64,000 nt of DNA from an uncultured Thermococci archaeon (GTDB lineage Archaea > Methanobacteriota_B > Thermococci > Methanofastidiosales > B48-G16), in assembly GCA_964595645.1 (NCBI GenBank), contig CAZQQT010000001.1, forward strand, positions 160,001 through 224,000, in the 5' to 3' direction. Below, piece by piece: positions 9,321 to 18,999 of this stretch (positions are counted from its first letter, which is position 1; every line of letters begins with the position of its first letter). The position numbers and the translations under genes are program-made. The notes beneath the pieces are model-generated. The model ran no database searches. It was not told the DNA's origin and saw only the letters and a list, made by a program, of their open reading frames with translations.

Positions 9321-9381
9321 GGAAGAGTGAGTGTGAGGCGTTCTCTGACTATTTTTGTAGTCGTTGCGGAGAAATTAAGCG
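9321..9381 (+). repeat. Direct repeat copy 2 (attR-like), followed by TTAA giving an alternative stop
   Basis: 60/61 identity to 8510-8570. Confidence 0.95.
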
Positions 9382-9433
9382 TTAATTACCCTTTTAAGAT
9401 ATTTCACATATTAAAAAAGAAAAAAAGATAATC

Positions 9434-9667
9434 TCAAAGTTTTAATACTAAGTCTCCTTTCTTTACTTTACCAGGCGTTTTTATCATTATTGATCCTTCG
9501 CCACGTTTTGCTTTCGTTACTTTGTCACTAGCTTTCATAATTTCTGCTTCGAATTCCATATCACCGATTTTCAGCTTGTCTCCTTCCTTAAAATCTACCA
9601 TCACATCGATTCCAGCCATACCTTTATCTGAAAAATACGTGTGAACTTCTCCTACTTTCGTTGCCAT
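9434..9667 (-). CDS. Small beta-barrel protein (translation-factor-like / U32 C-terminal-like)
   Basis: KVGEVHTYF...GDKLKI...VKKGDLV pattern. Confidence 0.6.
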   Translation of the reverse strand: MATKVGEVHTYFSDKGMAGIDVMVDFKEGDKLKIGDMEFEAEIMKASDKVTKAKRGEGSIMIKTPGKVKKGDLVLKL

Positions 9668-9897
9668 TTATTTCACCATATCTTTATTTACCCTTGGATT
9701 TATATAGCTTTGCTTTATCAAATTATGATGCAACTAGGTACATGTATCCCTAGTAATCTATCTTCTTATAATACCTCGGGCATTGCACTACTCATGCATG
9801 AACACTACATTAGATATGTTGTGGGAACTGAAACCTTTTTAAGGTACACCATAGAGTAAAACATGGTACGTAGATTATAGAGCAAAACGTGGTGTAA

Positions 9898-11274
9898 ATG
9901 CAAACGAAAGTGGCCATTATCGGTGCCGGCCCATCAGGGCTTTTTGCAGCGCGGGAGTTGATAGAACAGGGTGTAGCGTGCCTGGTAATCGAGTCGGGGA
10001 AGGAAGCATTGGAGCGGGAATGTCCTGTGCCCGATAAGGATCTCTGCTTGAAGTGTAATCCCTGCCAGATCACTTCTGGTGTTGGAGGGGCCGGTGCGCT
10101 GTCCGACGGTAAGCTGAATCTCACGTATAAAATAGGGGGAAATCCTGCAGCGTTAAAACGGACGCCCGATGAGATTCAGAATCTCATCGACTACGTGGAC
10201 AAAATTTTTCTAGAGCACGGCGTGGAAGATAGTACTTACGGCGAGGATGGCGAGTCGTTGGAAAATTTAGAGCGAAAGGCGAGCAAGAATGGAATAGAAT
10301 TTATTGCTGGAAAACAGCGACATATTGGAAGTGACAGGACGAAACAAGTGGTGGATAACTTTTATCAAAGTTTAAAATCTAAAGGAGTAAAATTTTTACT
10401 AAATACAAAAATTTCAAAGATTGAGAAGAATAGACATTCATTTACCCTTCATAACGACGGGAAAAATATCGAAGCAGAGTATCTGATTGCAGCGCCAGGG
10501 AGAGCAGGTGCGTACTGGTTGCGTTCTCAGGCCTATAACCTCGGCGTGATCTCGCGGTACGGTCCCATCGATGTAGGTATTCGGATCGAGTTCCCCTCTA
10601 CCATCTACAAACCCATCGCTAGCGTGATGTACGACGCGAAGTTCAGACTCTTTACCCGCACCTACGATGATATGGTTCGTACCTTCTGTACGAACCCCGA
10701 GGGCTTTGTCACCGAGGAGAAGTACGACGGGTTTGTTCTCGTCAACGGCCACGCGAAAAAGAAGGAGAAATCTGAGAACACCAATCTGGCACTTCTCTCC
10801 CGCGTAAACCTCACCGATCCCGTGGAGGATACCACGAAGTACGGTCGTTCCATCGCGAAACTTGCTACCACTATCGGTGGGGGGAAGCCTATACTCCAGC
10901 GGTACAAGGATTTTATTAAGGGGAGACGGTCCACCTGGCACAGAATCAATAAAGGGCTTGTGAAACCGACGCTCCGAAATGTCACTCCGGGAGATATTTC
11001 CATGGCCATGCCTCATCGGATCGTCCTTAATCTCAAGGAAGCGTTTCAGCGGCTCAACTCAGTCATTGAAGGCATCGCTTCCGATTCCACACTGCTCTAC
11101 GCACCGGAGATAAAGTTCTACGATACGAAGTATCCCACCACGAAGTTCATGGAGAGCAATGTCGACAATATGTACATCTGTGGCGATGCGTCTGGACGTT
11201 CCCGGGGAATTATCTACGCTGCGGTCACCGGTGTACTGGCGGCGAGGGGTATCCTTCAGAAGGAGGGAGCGTAG
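9898..11274 (+). CDS. FAD-dependent oxidoreductase (COG2509-type)
   Basis: GAGPSG, GVGGAGALSDGKL, VRTFCTNP, YAPEIKFY. Confidence 0.85.
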   Translation: MQTKVAIIGAGPSGLFAARELIEQGVACLVIESGKEALERECPVPDKDLCLKCNPCQITSGVGGAGALSDGKLNLTYKIGGNPAALKRTPDEIQNLIDYVDKIFLEHGVEDSTYGEDGESLENLERKASKNGIEFIAGKQRHIGSDRTKQVVDNFYQSLKSKGVKFLLNTKISKIEKNRHSFTLHNDGKNIEAEYLIAAPGRAGAYWLRSQAYNLGVISRYGPIDVGIRIEFPSTIYKPIASVMYDAKFRLFTRTYDDMVRTFCTNPEGFVTEEKYDGFVLVNGHAKKKEKSENTNLALLSRVNLTDPVEDTTKYGRSIAKLATTIGGGKPILQRYKDFIKGRRSTWHRINKGLVKPTLRNVTPGDISMAMPHRIVLNLKEAFQRLNSVIEGIASDSTLLYAPEIKFYDTKYPTTKFMESNVDNMYICGDASGRSRGIIYAAVTGVLAARGILQKEGA

Positions 11275-12035
11275 TGGACTTACGCGAAATTCAGAAGCGA
11301 ATTGAGAAGTTCGACGAAAAAAGAGGGTGGGATAAGTTCCCACCATCGCTCGTGCTCTCACACATTCTCGAGGAACTCGGAGAGATATCACGGTATATTC
11401 AGTTTGAGGAAGGATACAAAAAAGAGGGTATCGGCCACGAGTACAATGTGAAGGAATTGAAACGCGAGTTTGGCCAGGTGCTCGCACTTCTCTCTCAGCT
11501 CGCACTCCACTACGACATCGATCTCGAAGACGCCATTCTCGACGAGCTTGAGATTATGGAAACGCGATTTTCACCAGAGGAGTGGAGAACGTATATGGAT
11601 CAGTACGAGCCGCATTACCGTATCAAAAATGTGGTAACAGCTTTTTTGATGCATCACGATACTGTTCTGGTACTCAGACGTAGCACTGAGGTTTCCACCT
11701 ACATGGAACGATGGGCTGGAATATCGGGGACTATCGAGAATGAAGATCCCATTGACGCTGCGTATCGAGAAATTTTTGAGGAGACAAAGCTCAAAAAGGA
11801 CGATGTGCAGTTAATGAGCAGTGGGGAGGTAGTTACGGTACGGGACGATGAGTTGAGTACAATTTTTTACGTCCATCCCTTTTTGTTCGAACTAAAAAAG
11901 AAGAAGGACCTTGCACTTAACTTTGAGCATACAGAGTACCGTTGGGTGGACAAAACAGAGCTGGATAGGTTGGACACAGTTCCAAAACTCAAGGAAGCGT
12001 TGGAGACATGTTTGAAGAAGAATTCTTTCGGTTAA
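11274..12035 (+). CDS. MazG-like NTP pyrophosphohydrolase fused to a Nudix domain
   Basis: N-terminal EELGEI/KREFGQV; C-terminal Nudix box GTIENEDPIDAAYREIFEET. Confidence 0.8.
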   Translation: MDLREIQKRIEKFDEKRGWDKFPPSLVLSHILEELGEISRYIQFEEGYKKEGIGHEYNVKELKREFGQVLALLSQLALHYDIDLEDAILDELEIMETRFSPEEWRTYMDQYEPHYRIKNVVTAFLMHHDTVLVLRRSTEVSTYMERWAGISGTIENEDPIDAAYREIFEETKLKKDDVQLMSSGEVVTVRDDELSTIFYVHPFLFELKKKKDLALNFEHTEYRWVDKTELDRLDTVPKLKEALETCLKKNSFG

Positions 12036-12619
12036 TTCATACTCGTGAGTTTAAAAAGATGCAGGAGTTTCAGCAAAAGATAGCTGCGCACGTCGATAGA
12101 GCGTACCACGAGGTGAAGAAGCTCTATGGCGCAGATGTTGCGTACAAAGGGAGTAAGGCAGTGGCTGCTGTGGTATCGGAGGATTCTGAGGCGTACAAGG
12201 TAAAGGAGGTACGGTTTCCCTATGTGTCTACCTACTTTGCCTTCAGAGAGCTTCCTGTACTGTGGGATCTTCTTCAGGACTGTGATGGGTGCGTGATTTT
12301 TGATGGTCACGGGCAGCTCCATCCACGAAGAGCTGGGCTCGCTACCATGGCAGGCGTCATGCTGGGAAAACAGACGATTGGGACAGCAAAGGCTCTCATT
12401 TGTGGAGAAGTGCGGGAGAGGTACGTGTATGAAGGCGATGAAGTTATTGGGAAGGTGCTCACTGTGGAAAACGCAGAAAACCCGCTTTACGTCTCTATAG
12501 GAAATAAAGTTACTCTGGAACAAGCCTATAGTATTGTATCTGAAAACTGTGTGCACAGAACGCCGGAGCTGGTGAGAAAGGCGCACATAGTAGCTACTCA
12601 GATTGCAAAACGTATATAA
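12008..12619 (+). CDS. nfi: Endonuclease V
   Basis: GADVAY, FPYVSTYFAFRE, DGHGQLHPRRAGLA, PLYVSIG. Confidence 0.9.
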   Translation: MFEEEFFRLIHTREFKKMQEFQQKIAAHVDRAYHEVKKLYGADVAYKGSKAVAAVVSEDSEAYKVKEVRFPYVSTYFAFRELPVLWDLLQDCDGCVIFDGHGQLHPRRAGLATMAGVMLGKQTIGTAKALICGEVRERYVYEGDEVIGKVLTVENAENPLYVSIGNKVTLEQAYSIVSENCVHRTPELVRKAHIVATQIAKRI

Positions 12620-13520
12620 ACCGTGTGAGGCTCCTGTGCATTCTCATCTTCTCCGTATCGAGAATGGTGAATCCCAACCGTTCAAACTCGTACTCTCTAT
12701 CCATCACTACACAGGCCCGTTCGGAAACTCCGTAGATTTTCTCAAAGGCATTCTCATACAGATCTTTTTTCCGTTTCGTCGATCGTCCATATGGGACATC
12801 AGTAGCCACACTTTCCACACTCTGGAAGTACGAGTCCAGCTGTTCGGCGTCACCCTGCAGTATTGTAGAGTCTTTTACCTCATAGCGTTCGAGGTTTTTC
12901 TTGCATCCTTCCACCATTTTCTCCTCAATATCCAGCCCGTAGACCGTTAATCCCATCAATCCTGCCTCGATGAGGATTCCTCCCGTACCACAGAAAGGAT
13001 CGAGCACCTCTGTTCGTGCGCCGGCAAGGTTTACCAGCGCGCGTGCATACTTCGGATGGAGCGATGAAGGATGGAAGTACGGCCTAAACTGGGGTTTTCT
13101 CTCCTCATAACCGCTTCTATCGATATCCACCAGCGTTCTCCCCTTGTAGAGTGTGTCGGTGTACAGACAGTATATTTCATTGTCGGGATTCTCGAGATCC
13201 GTGGTGAGCGAGGGATTGCGTCGCTGTACCTCATCGGCAATCTCTTTTTCAAGAGAGGGGTCTGCCTTCCGCCTTCCCAGCGACTGCACCCGTACGGCGA
13301 AGGTACCCTCGAGGCTGATGTCATCATCCAGGTATTCCAATACCTTGTGACAGAGTCCGAGTCTAGAAAATGCAGCAGGATCGATATCCGTCTCTGCCAT
13401 CATGAGCTGACCGTCGCATTCGAGAATCTGGTGGTCCTTGTCCAGTCTGGTGAGAAGATAAATGATCTCCTTCTGTGAGAGCGATACGTGTTCTCCAGAG
13501 AGGTAAAATAACAGCTTCAT
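12594..13520 (-). CDS. tRNA (guanine(10)-N2)-dimethyltransferase (THUMP + MTase)
   Basis: LSGEH start, RPYFHPSSLHPKYARALVNL, LDPFCGTG, TDVPYGR. Confidence 0.85.
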   Translation of the reverse strand: MKLLFYLSGEHVSLSQKEIIYLLTRLDKDHQILECDGQLMMAETDIDPAAFSRLGLCHKVLEYLDDDISLEGTFAVRVQSLGRRKADPSLEKEIADEVQRRNPSLTTDLENPDNEIYCLYTDTLYKGRTLVDIDRSGYEERKPQFRPYFHPSSLHPKYARALVNLAGARTEVLDPFCGTGGILIEAGLMGLTVYGLDIEEKMVEGCKKNLERYEVKDSTILQGDAEQLDSYFQSVESVATDVPYGRSTKRKKDLYENAFEKIYGVSERACVVMDREYEFERLGFTILDTEKMRMHRSLTRFIYVLQSE

Positions 13521-14428
13521 TGTACCACTTTGGCTACAAACATGCCGTGAGTATCGTGAATGTGTGGGAGGAACCGTTTGCACTTCCGTACTTCACTATC
13601 CAGTGCTTTTCCAAGGGGGTGTTGGAACCCATCCACAAGTTTTTCTCCATTAACAACGGTATTCACCTCCTCCAACGAGATATCGAAGGTCCGCAGTGCC
13701 CAGTCGATGACATGCTCATTCTCCTCTGGCTCAAAACTACACGTACAGTAGAGAAGTTCCCCTCCTTCTTCCAGCGCGTTAATACCCGTTCTCAACAGCC
13801 TTTTTTGCATTCTCTGGCAGAATTGAATATCCTCCATACTCCGCGAGTACTTTCTCGTGGGATCTTTTCGAATAATTCCAGAGCCCGTACACGGCGCGTC
13901 CAAGAGAATGTGCGAGGATTTTTGTGTGAGCGCTGTGGCGTCCTTTTCGAACACCACGCAGTTTTTTACTCCCATTCGCTGGAGGTTGTTTTTTAACGCC
14001 TCGATTTTATTTACATCATATGCGAGGATCGCTCCTTCGTTCCGCATGATTTCAGCGATCTGCGTTGTTTTTCCTCCCGGCGCCGCACACATGTCTATTA
14101 CCAGATCCTCATGGATATCAAAAAAGGGGACGATATTCATCTCTGCTTCCCCCTGGATGTAGAAGTACCCGAAGAGGTGTTCGGGACAGGAGCTGATGGA
14201 AAATGGTGAGGAGATAATTCTGAATCCATGAGAAATTTCTTTGAGTTGGACCCCTCGTTTTCGAAGTCTTCTTCCAAGCTCTTCTTTTGAAATTTTTAGG
14301 GTGTTTACTCTTATACATGTATTTTCTCGTTCATTTGCCTTTAAAAAAGAATCAATATCTTTAAAAAGTTTTTTATATCTTTCTAAAAACTCTTGCCTGT
14401 ACTTATCGGTACATGCTTCCTCTGTCAT
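13517..14428 (-). CDS. RsmB/NOL1/NOP2/Sun RNA m5C methyltransferase
   Basis: DMCAAPGGKT, DAPCTGSG, YCTCS, EENE. Confidence 0.9.
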   Translation of the reverse strand: MTEEACTDKYRQEFLERYKKLFKDIDSFLKANERENTCIRVNTLKISKEELGRRLRKRGVQLKEISHGFRIISSPFSISSCPEHLFGYFYIQGEAEMNIVPFFDIHEDLVIDMCAAPGGKTTQIAEIMRNEGAILAYDVNKIEALKNNLQRMGVKNCVVFEKDATALTQKSSHILLDAPCTGSGIIRKDPTRKYSRSMEDIQFCQRMQKRLLRTGINALEEGGELLYCTCSFEPEENEHVIDWALRTFDISLEEVNTVVNGEKLVDGFQHPLGKALDSEVRKCKRFLPHIHDTHGMFVAKVVQ

Positions 14429-14906
14429 AGAATACCAGTTTGTCTAACTCCTGTGCCAGTTTCATATCTAGTTTTTTCTGGGATTTGGAGAGTTTCTGAA
14501 GTGGCGTGTCAGAAAATGCGATCGGCCCCTGAAAGACATATTCCTCATCAATATCGAAGAAGGATTTTGGCGATATCCGTAGTACTTCTTCCACTGTCGA
14601 CTGGGAGAGTTCTCCCTGTTCCTTCAATTCCTCGAGTATTTTTTTTATTTTTTCTTCGCTGAGAGGTCTCCAACCAAAATCAAATCCATGGTCGATTTCT
14701 TCTTTTGTTTTTATTTTCCCACCGAGGCCTATTTTTTTGTACGGTGTGAGTATCTCCGTTTTTAATTGCCAAAGATGTCCATTTTTGTAGATGTAGAGAT
14801 CTAATCGTGAGCCCCTTCTTGAGGCGGATACCTTCCAACCTTCCGGGTCATCGTTGTACTTTTTTGACACTTCTTTGTAGATTTCTTCGTCCTGCGTTAT
14901 CTTCAT
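14403..14906 (-). CDS. Hypothetical protein
   Basis: 167-aa ORF tightly packed in the operon. Confidence 0.65.
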   Translation of the reverse strand: MKITQDEEIYKEVSKKYNDDPEGWKVSASRRGSRLDLYIYKNGHLWQLKTEILTPYKKIGLGGKIKTKEEIDHGFDFGWRPLSEEKIKKILEELKEQGELSQSTVEEVLRISPKSFFDIDEEYVFQGPIAFSDTPLQKLSKSQKKLDMKLAQELDKLVFYDRGSMYR

Positions 14907-14907
14907 T

Positions 14908-15690
14908 CTATCTACCCATTCGTCTATTTCTCCTTTGATACTCGCGCAGTATCCTTAAAAAATCTATCCTCCTGAAAAAAGGGAAGTATATCTCTGTGAA
15001 GAACAGTTCAGAGTACGCCGACTGGAAGAGAAGAAAGTTACTCAGTCTTACCTCTCCTCCTGTTCGTATCACGAGATCGGGATCCGGGAGCCCTTCTGTG
15101 TAAAGATTATTTTTTATCATCTCGAGGCTGATCTCTTCCGGCGCGACCCCCTTTTCCATGATTTTTTTTGCAGCCTCAAGAATTTCCACTCGTCCACCGT
15201 AGGCAATGCAGATGTTAAGTATTTTATTCTTGTAGTGTTTTGTTGCCTCTTCCGCCTTTTTTATGGAGTCCAGTACATCATCAGGTAAAAGTTCGAGTTT
15301 TCCTATGGCCTTTATCCGCACCTTGTTTTTGTGAATTCGTGTATCCGTAATAATCGACTCGAATTTCTTTTTAAAGAGGTCCATGATGTGCGCCACCTCC
15401 GTATCATCCCTCTTAAAATTCTCCGTTGAGAAGGCGTATACAGTAATAATATCGATACCAAGGTCATTTATCCAGTCCAACATCTCTTCAAGTTTATCAG
15501 CGCCCTTGCTGTGTCCCCTCCATGGATCCATTCCAAATAACTCAGCGTATCTCCTGTTTCCGTCCATGATGATTCCAATATGGTTCGGTACCTTTCCCTC
15601 TTTAACCTTTCTTTCAAGAATTTTTTCATACACCTTATATATAGGTTTTAATACCGTCGAAAGTGTGAGCTTGAGAATATTCATGATCAT
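14908..15690 (-). CDS. uppS: cis-prenyltransferase (UppS family)
   Basis: HIGIIMDGNRR, YAFSTENFKR, RTGGEVRLSNFLL. Confidence 0.95.
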   Translation of the reverse strand: MIMNILKLTLSTVLKPIYKVYEKILERKVKEGKVPNHIGIIMDGNRRYAELFGMDPWRGHSKGADKLEEMLDWINDLGIDIITVYAFSTENFKRDDTEVAHIMDLFKKKFESIITDTRIHKNKVRIKAIGKLELLPDDVLDSIKKAEEATKHYKNKILNICIAYGGRVEILEAAKKIMEKGVAPEEISLEMIKNNLYTEGLPDPDLVIRTGGEVRLSNFLLFQSAYSELFFTEIYFPFFRRIDFLRILREYQRRNRRMGR

Positions 15691-16166
15691 TTCCGTTGGA
15701 TATACTCTCGTGAGAGCTTGTAGTATATTTCCGCATTTTTCTGTATTTTTTCCTGCCACGATTTATCCAGTGTTTTTACCACCTTTCCCGGGACACCGAG
15801 AACGAGCGAGTTGTCAGGGATCTCTTTCTCTTCAGGCACGAGTGCGTGTGCACCGATGACGCAGTGGCTTCCTATTGTTGTATTGTCCAGTATGGTGGCA
15901 TGCATACCGACTATCACATTGGATTGTACTGTACACCCGTGGAGTACTGCATTATGTCCCACCGAGACGAAATCTCCGATGGAGGTAGGGTTATGGATGG
16001 AGATATTATCCTGAATATTCGTATACTTTCCTATCTCTACTTTTCCTCTGTCTCCCCGGAGTGAGGCAAAGGGCCAGATACTTGAGTTCGCTCCTACTTC
16101 CACATCTCCGGTGATAAATGCCTTTTCATTTATGTACGCACTCTCATCTATCTGGGGATTCTTCAT
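15687..16166 (-). CDS. Gamma carbonic anhydrase family protein
   Basis: LRGD, NIQDN, VGHNAVLHGC hexapeptide repeats. Confidence 0.9.
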   Translation of the reverse strand: MKNPQIDESAYINEKAFITGDVEVGANSSIWPFASLRGDRGKVEIGKYTNIQDNISIHNPTSIGDFVSVGHNAVLHGCTVQSNVIVGMHATILDNTTIGSHCVIGAHALVPEEKEIPDNSLVLGVPGKVVKTLDKSWQEKIQKNAEIYYKLSREYIQRK

Positions 16167-16278
16167 ATTTGAGGTAGGTTCCACGAGTTTAAAAATGTAT
16201 TCCGGTTATATACCTTGAAACTTCCAACAGCTTTTTTCAACCCAATAAATATATAAACGTAACCATTGTAGTGCTTTT

Positions 16279-16761
16279 ATGAAGAGAAAGGTTAAAAATA
16301 TACTACGGAGATTTAAGGATTTTAAAAAGGTACATCTTAAAGGCGGTCTTTGGGGGGCTGCCGCAGGATTGTTTTGTGTCTTCCTCTGGTTCTACGTAGG
16401 ATTGCCATCCTTTTTAGTAGTTTTGGGTGGAGTTGTAGGTGTTTTTGCAGTAAGAAAAGAGATTAGACTCAACAATGTAGAAGGGTTAAAAATAGGGATT
16501 ATTTCAGCAGTCCCACCAGCTCTATACGTGCTCTTTGTGCTGGTAAAGGGAGCAAGCGATATTAAAGCGTACATTTTGAAGCATGGCGTGGAGGAATACA
16601 TAGAGAAGTACAACCTCACTGTTGAGGATGTCCAGGTCTTCGAAAAGAATGTGTTGGAACACACGTATACGGGAGCGTTTCAGTGGGCATTAATGGTATT
16701 TATCCTTATACTTACAGGAGCGTGGATAGGACTTATTTTCTTCAAACCGAGGAAGAAGTAA
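16279..16761 (+). CDS. Hypothetical membrane protein
   Basis: About four hydrophobic segments. Confidence 0.65.
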   Translation: MKRKVKNILRRFKDFKKVHLKGGLWGAAAGLFCVFLWFYVGLPSFLVVLGGVVGVFAVRKEIRLNNVEGLKIGIISAVPPALYVLFVLVKGASDIKAYILKHGVEEYIEKYNLTVEDVQVFEKNVLEHTYTGAFQWALMVFILILTGAWIGLIFFKPRKK

Positions 16762-17052
16762 TTATTCCATCATTCTCTTAATGTTTTCTTCTACTATTTC
16801 ATCTATAATATCGAGAAGTGCAAAAATTTTTTCGTTCACAATGAAGTAGTATACTGTCTTTCCCTTTCTTCTATTATCAACGATTCCTGCGTCTTTCAGG
16901 ATTCGCAGATGTTGGGACACATTTGATTGTGTGGTTCCGATTTTGGGCCTGATCTCTCCCACACTTTTTTCGCCATTTTTTAGAAAATTTATTATTCTTA
17001 ATCTATTCTTATCGGCCAGTGCCTTCAGGATCTGAAGCTTTATTCTTTTCAT
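16762..17052 (-). CDS. ArsR/SmtB transcription regulator
   Basis: KALADKNRLRI, QSNVSQHLRILKDAGIV. Confidence 0.9.
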   Translation of the reverse strand: MKRIKLQILKALADKNRLRIINFLKNGEKSVGEIRPKIGTTQSNVSQHLRILKDAGIVDNRRKGKTVYYFIVNEKIFALLDIIDEIVEENIKRMME

Positions 17053-17055
17053 TAC

Positions 17056-17071
17056 TAATAAATTTGTATTA
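17056..17071 (-). promoter_or_regulatory. Candidate ArsR operator (TAATA-N6-TATTA)
   Basis: Short inverted repeat immediately upstream of the arsR ATG. Confidence 0.35.
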
Positions 17072-17163
17072 ATATGTATTTAAATTTTTTGGTACCACTC
17101 TCTTCAATATTGAGTGATTTTTTTCTATGCGTTAGTTTTTTATACTCCCATTGAAAGTTTTGT

Positions 17164-18999
17164 GTGATGTCCAGTGAAAAAAAGAAAAATGCAGAAGAAA
17201 TCGATCATGGATTAGGATACGAATTTGAGACAACAGAGGAGATCCCCATTCCAGACAACCTGATAGATCAGGTTATTGGACAGGATCGAGGCGTTGAGAT
17301 AATCAAAAAGGCTGCACAGCAGCGAAGAAATGTACTTCTTATCGGGGATCCGGGCAACGGTAAATCTATGCTCGGTCAGGCAATGGCAGAACTTCTTCCG
17401 AAGGAGGAGCTGGAGGACATCCTCGTGTACCCGAATCCCGATGATCCTAATACTCCACGAATTCGAGTTGTGAGGGCGAGAAAAGGGAGAAGGCTCGTTG
17501 ACGAGTATAAACAGCGGGCCCAGCGAGATGAACGAAGTAAACGAATGATGTTGATTCTCATCTCTATGTCAGTCGTCCTTTACGGATTTTACATCGGACA
17601 AGTGTTGATGGCAGTGTTTGTGGCCGTAATCACCATTTTCCTCGGCACACAGCTATTAAAATCAAAATCTGAGACGCTTGTTCCGAAACTTCTTGTCGAT
17701 AATGGTGATACTGATAAGGTACCCTTTGTGGATGCCACAGGCGCACACGCCGGAGCGCTTCTGGGTGATGTGCGGCACGATCCCTTCCAGTCAGGGGGTA
17801 TGGGCACACCGGCCCATGAGCGTGTAGAGTCAGGCATGATTCATCGGGCCCATAAAGGAGTGCTCTTCATCGACGAGATCTCCACATTCAAGATTAACAT
17901 GCAGCAGGCAATGCTCACAGCGTTACAGAATAAAGAGTACCCTATCACAGGTCAGAGTGAGATGTCGTCCGGTGCCATGGTAAGAACAAAAAAGGTCCCG
18001 TGCGATTTCATTTTAGTGGCTGCAGGAAACTTAGAAACGCTCAAGGCCATGCATCCAGCCCTCAGATCACGAATGCGGGGCTACGGTTACGAGTTCTATA
18101 TGAACAACACCATGCCTGACACTGTAGAAAACAGAAGAAAATTGGTACAGGTCGTTGCGCAGGAAGTAGATAAAGATGGGAAGATCCCTCATTTTACAAA
18201 AAATGCTGTGAAAGAAGTAGTGAACGAAGCAAGGAGACGTGCAGAGAGAAAAAACAGCCTCACGCTCATCATACGGGATCTCGGCGGCATGATCCGTTCA
18301 GCTGGTGATATTGCAGTGAAAAAAGGAGCCAAATACGTGACGGTAGAGCATGTGAAGGAGGCGAGATCCTTCGCCCGATCACTTGAACACCAGGTAGCAG
18401 ATAACTACACGGAGAAGAAAAAAGAGTACAGAGTATTCAACACATCTGGTTCAGAGGTTGGGAGAGTCAATGGCCTCGCTGTCCTTGGAGGAAAAAGTGG
18501 CATCATCATGCCCATAGAAGCTGAGGTGGCACCTGCCGAGAGTAAGAACGAAGGAAACATCATTGCCACCGGTAAGCTTGGTGATATTGCAGAAGAGTCT
18601 ATCCTGAACGTTTCCGCACTCATCAAGAAATATACAGGAAAAGAGATATCTAATTACGATATTCACATTCAGTTCTTACAGTCTTACGAGGGTGTAGAAG
18701 GCGATTCAGCAAGCGTGAGCGTGGCAGCTTCTGTGATCTCGGCGATTAAAAACCGACCGATACGACAAGACGTCGCCTTGACTGGATCGTTGAGTGTTCG
18801 GGGAAAGGTTCTGCCTGTTGGAGGAATCACCGCAAAAGTAGAGGCAGCGATAGGTGCCGGTATGAAGGAAGTAATTCTTCCTGAGTCCAATAAGGAGGAT
18901 GTGTATTTGGAGGAGAAGGACAGAAAGAATATCACGATCACTACGGTCTCCACGCTCGAGGAACTTCTTGAGCACGTATTCACAAAGGTGGAGGAATGA
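17164..18999 (+). CDS. lonB: Archaeal membrane Lon protease
   Basis: GDPGNGKS, two TM helices, DPFQSGG, GDSAS; no intein. Confidence 0.95.
   Translation: MMSSEKKKNAEEIDHGLGYEFETTEEIPIPDNLIDQVIGQDRGVEIIKKAAQQRRNVLLIGDPGNGKSMLGQAMAELLPKEELEDILVYPNPDDPNTPRIRVVRARKGRRLVDEYKQRAQRDERSKRMMLILISMSVVLYGFYIGQVLMAVFVAVITIFLGTQLLKSKSETLVPKLLVDNGDTDKVPFVDATGAHAGALLGDVRHDPFQSGGMGTPAHERVESGMIHRAHKGVLFIDEISTFKINMQQAMLTALQNKEYPITGQSEMSSGAMVRTKKVPCDFILVAAGNLETLKAMHPALRSRMRGYGYEFYMNNTMPDTVENRRKLVQVVAQEVDKDGKIPHFTKNAVKEVVNEARRRAERKNSLTLIIRDLGGMIRSAGDIAVKKGAKYVTVEHVKEARSFARSLEHQVADNYTEKKKEYRVFNTSGSEVGRVNGLAVLGGKSGIIMPIEAEVAPAESKNEGNIIATGKLGDIAEESILNVSALIKKYTGKEISNYDIHIQFLQSYEGVEGDSASVSVAASVISAIKNRPIRQDVALTGSLSVRGKVLPVGGITAKVEAAIGAGMKEVILPESNKEDVYLEEKDRKNITITTVSTLEELLEHVFTKVEE

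Larger units (their letters stand above)
8510..9381. mobile_element. Putative integrated vapBC mini-cassette bounded by direct repeats
   Basis: AT-rich TA pair between two 61-bp direct repeats; no recombinase gene seen. Confidence 0.6.

Noticed and set aside
8510-9381. Repeat pair as a CRISPR array or IS target-site duplication
   Set aside because: Only two copies, 61 bp long and 811 bp apart; no cas genes, transposase or terminal inverted repeats.
9733-9754. Imperfect palindrome ACTAGG-TACATGTA-TC-CCTAGT between divergent genes
   Set aside because: Single short occurrence, compatible with chance.
17164-18999. Intein in LonB, as found in some Thermococcales
   Set aside because: Motifs are contiguous and the length (611 aa) leaves no room for one.
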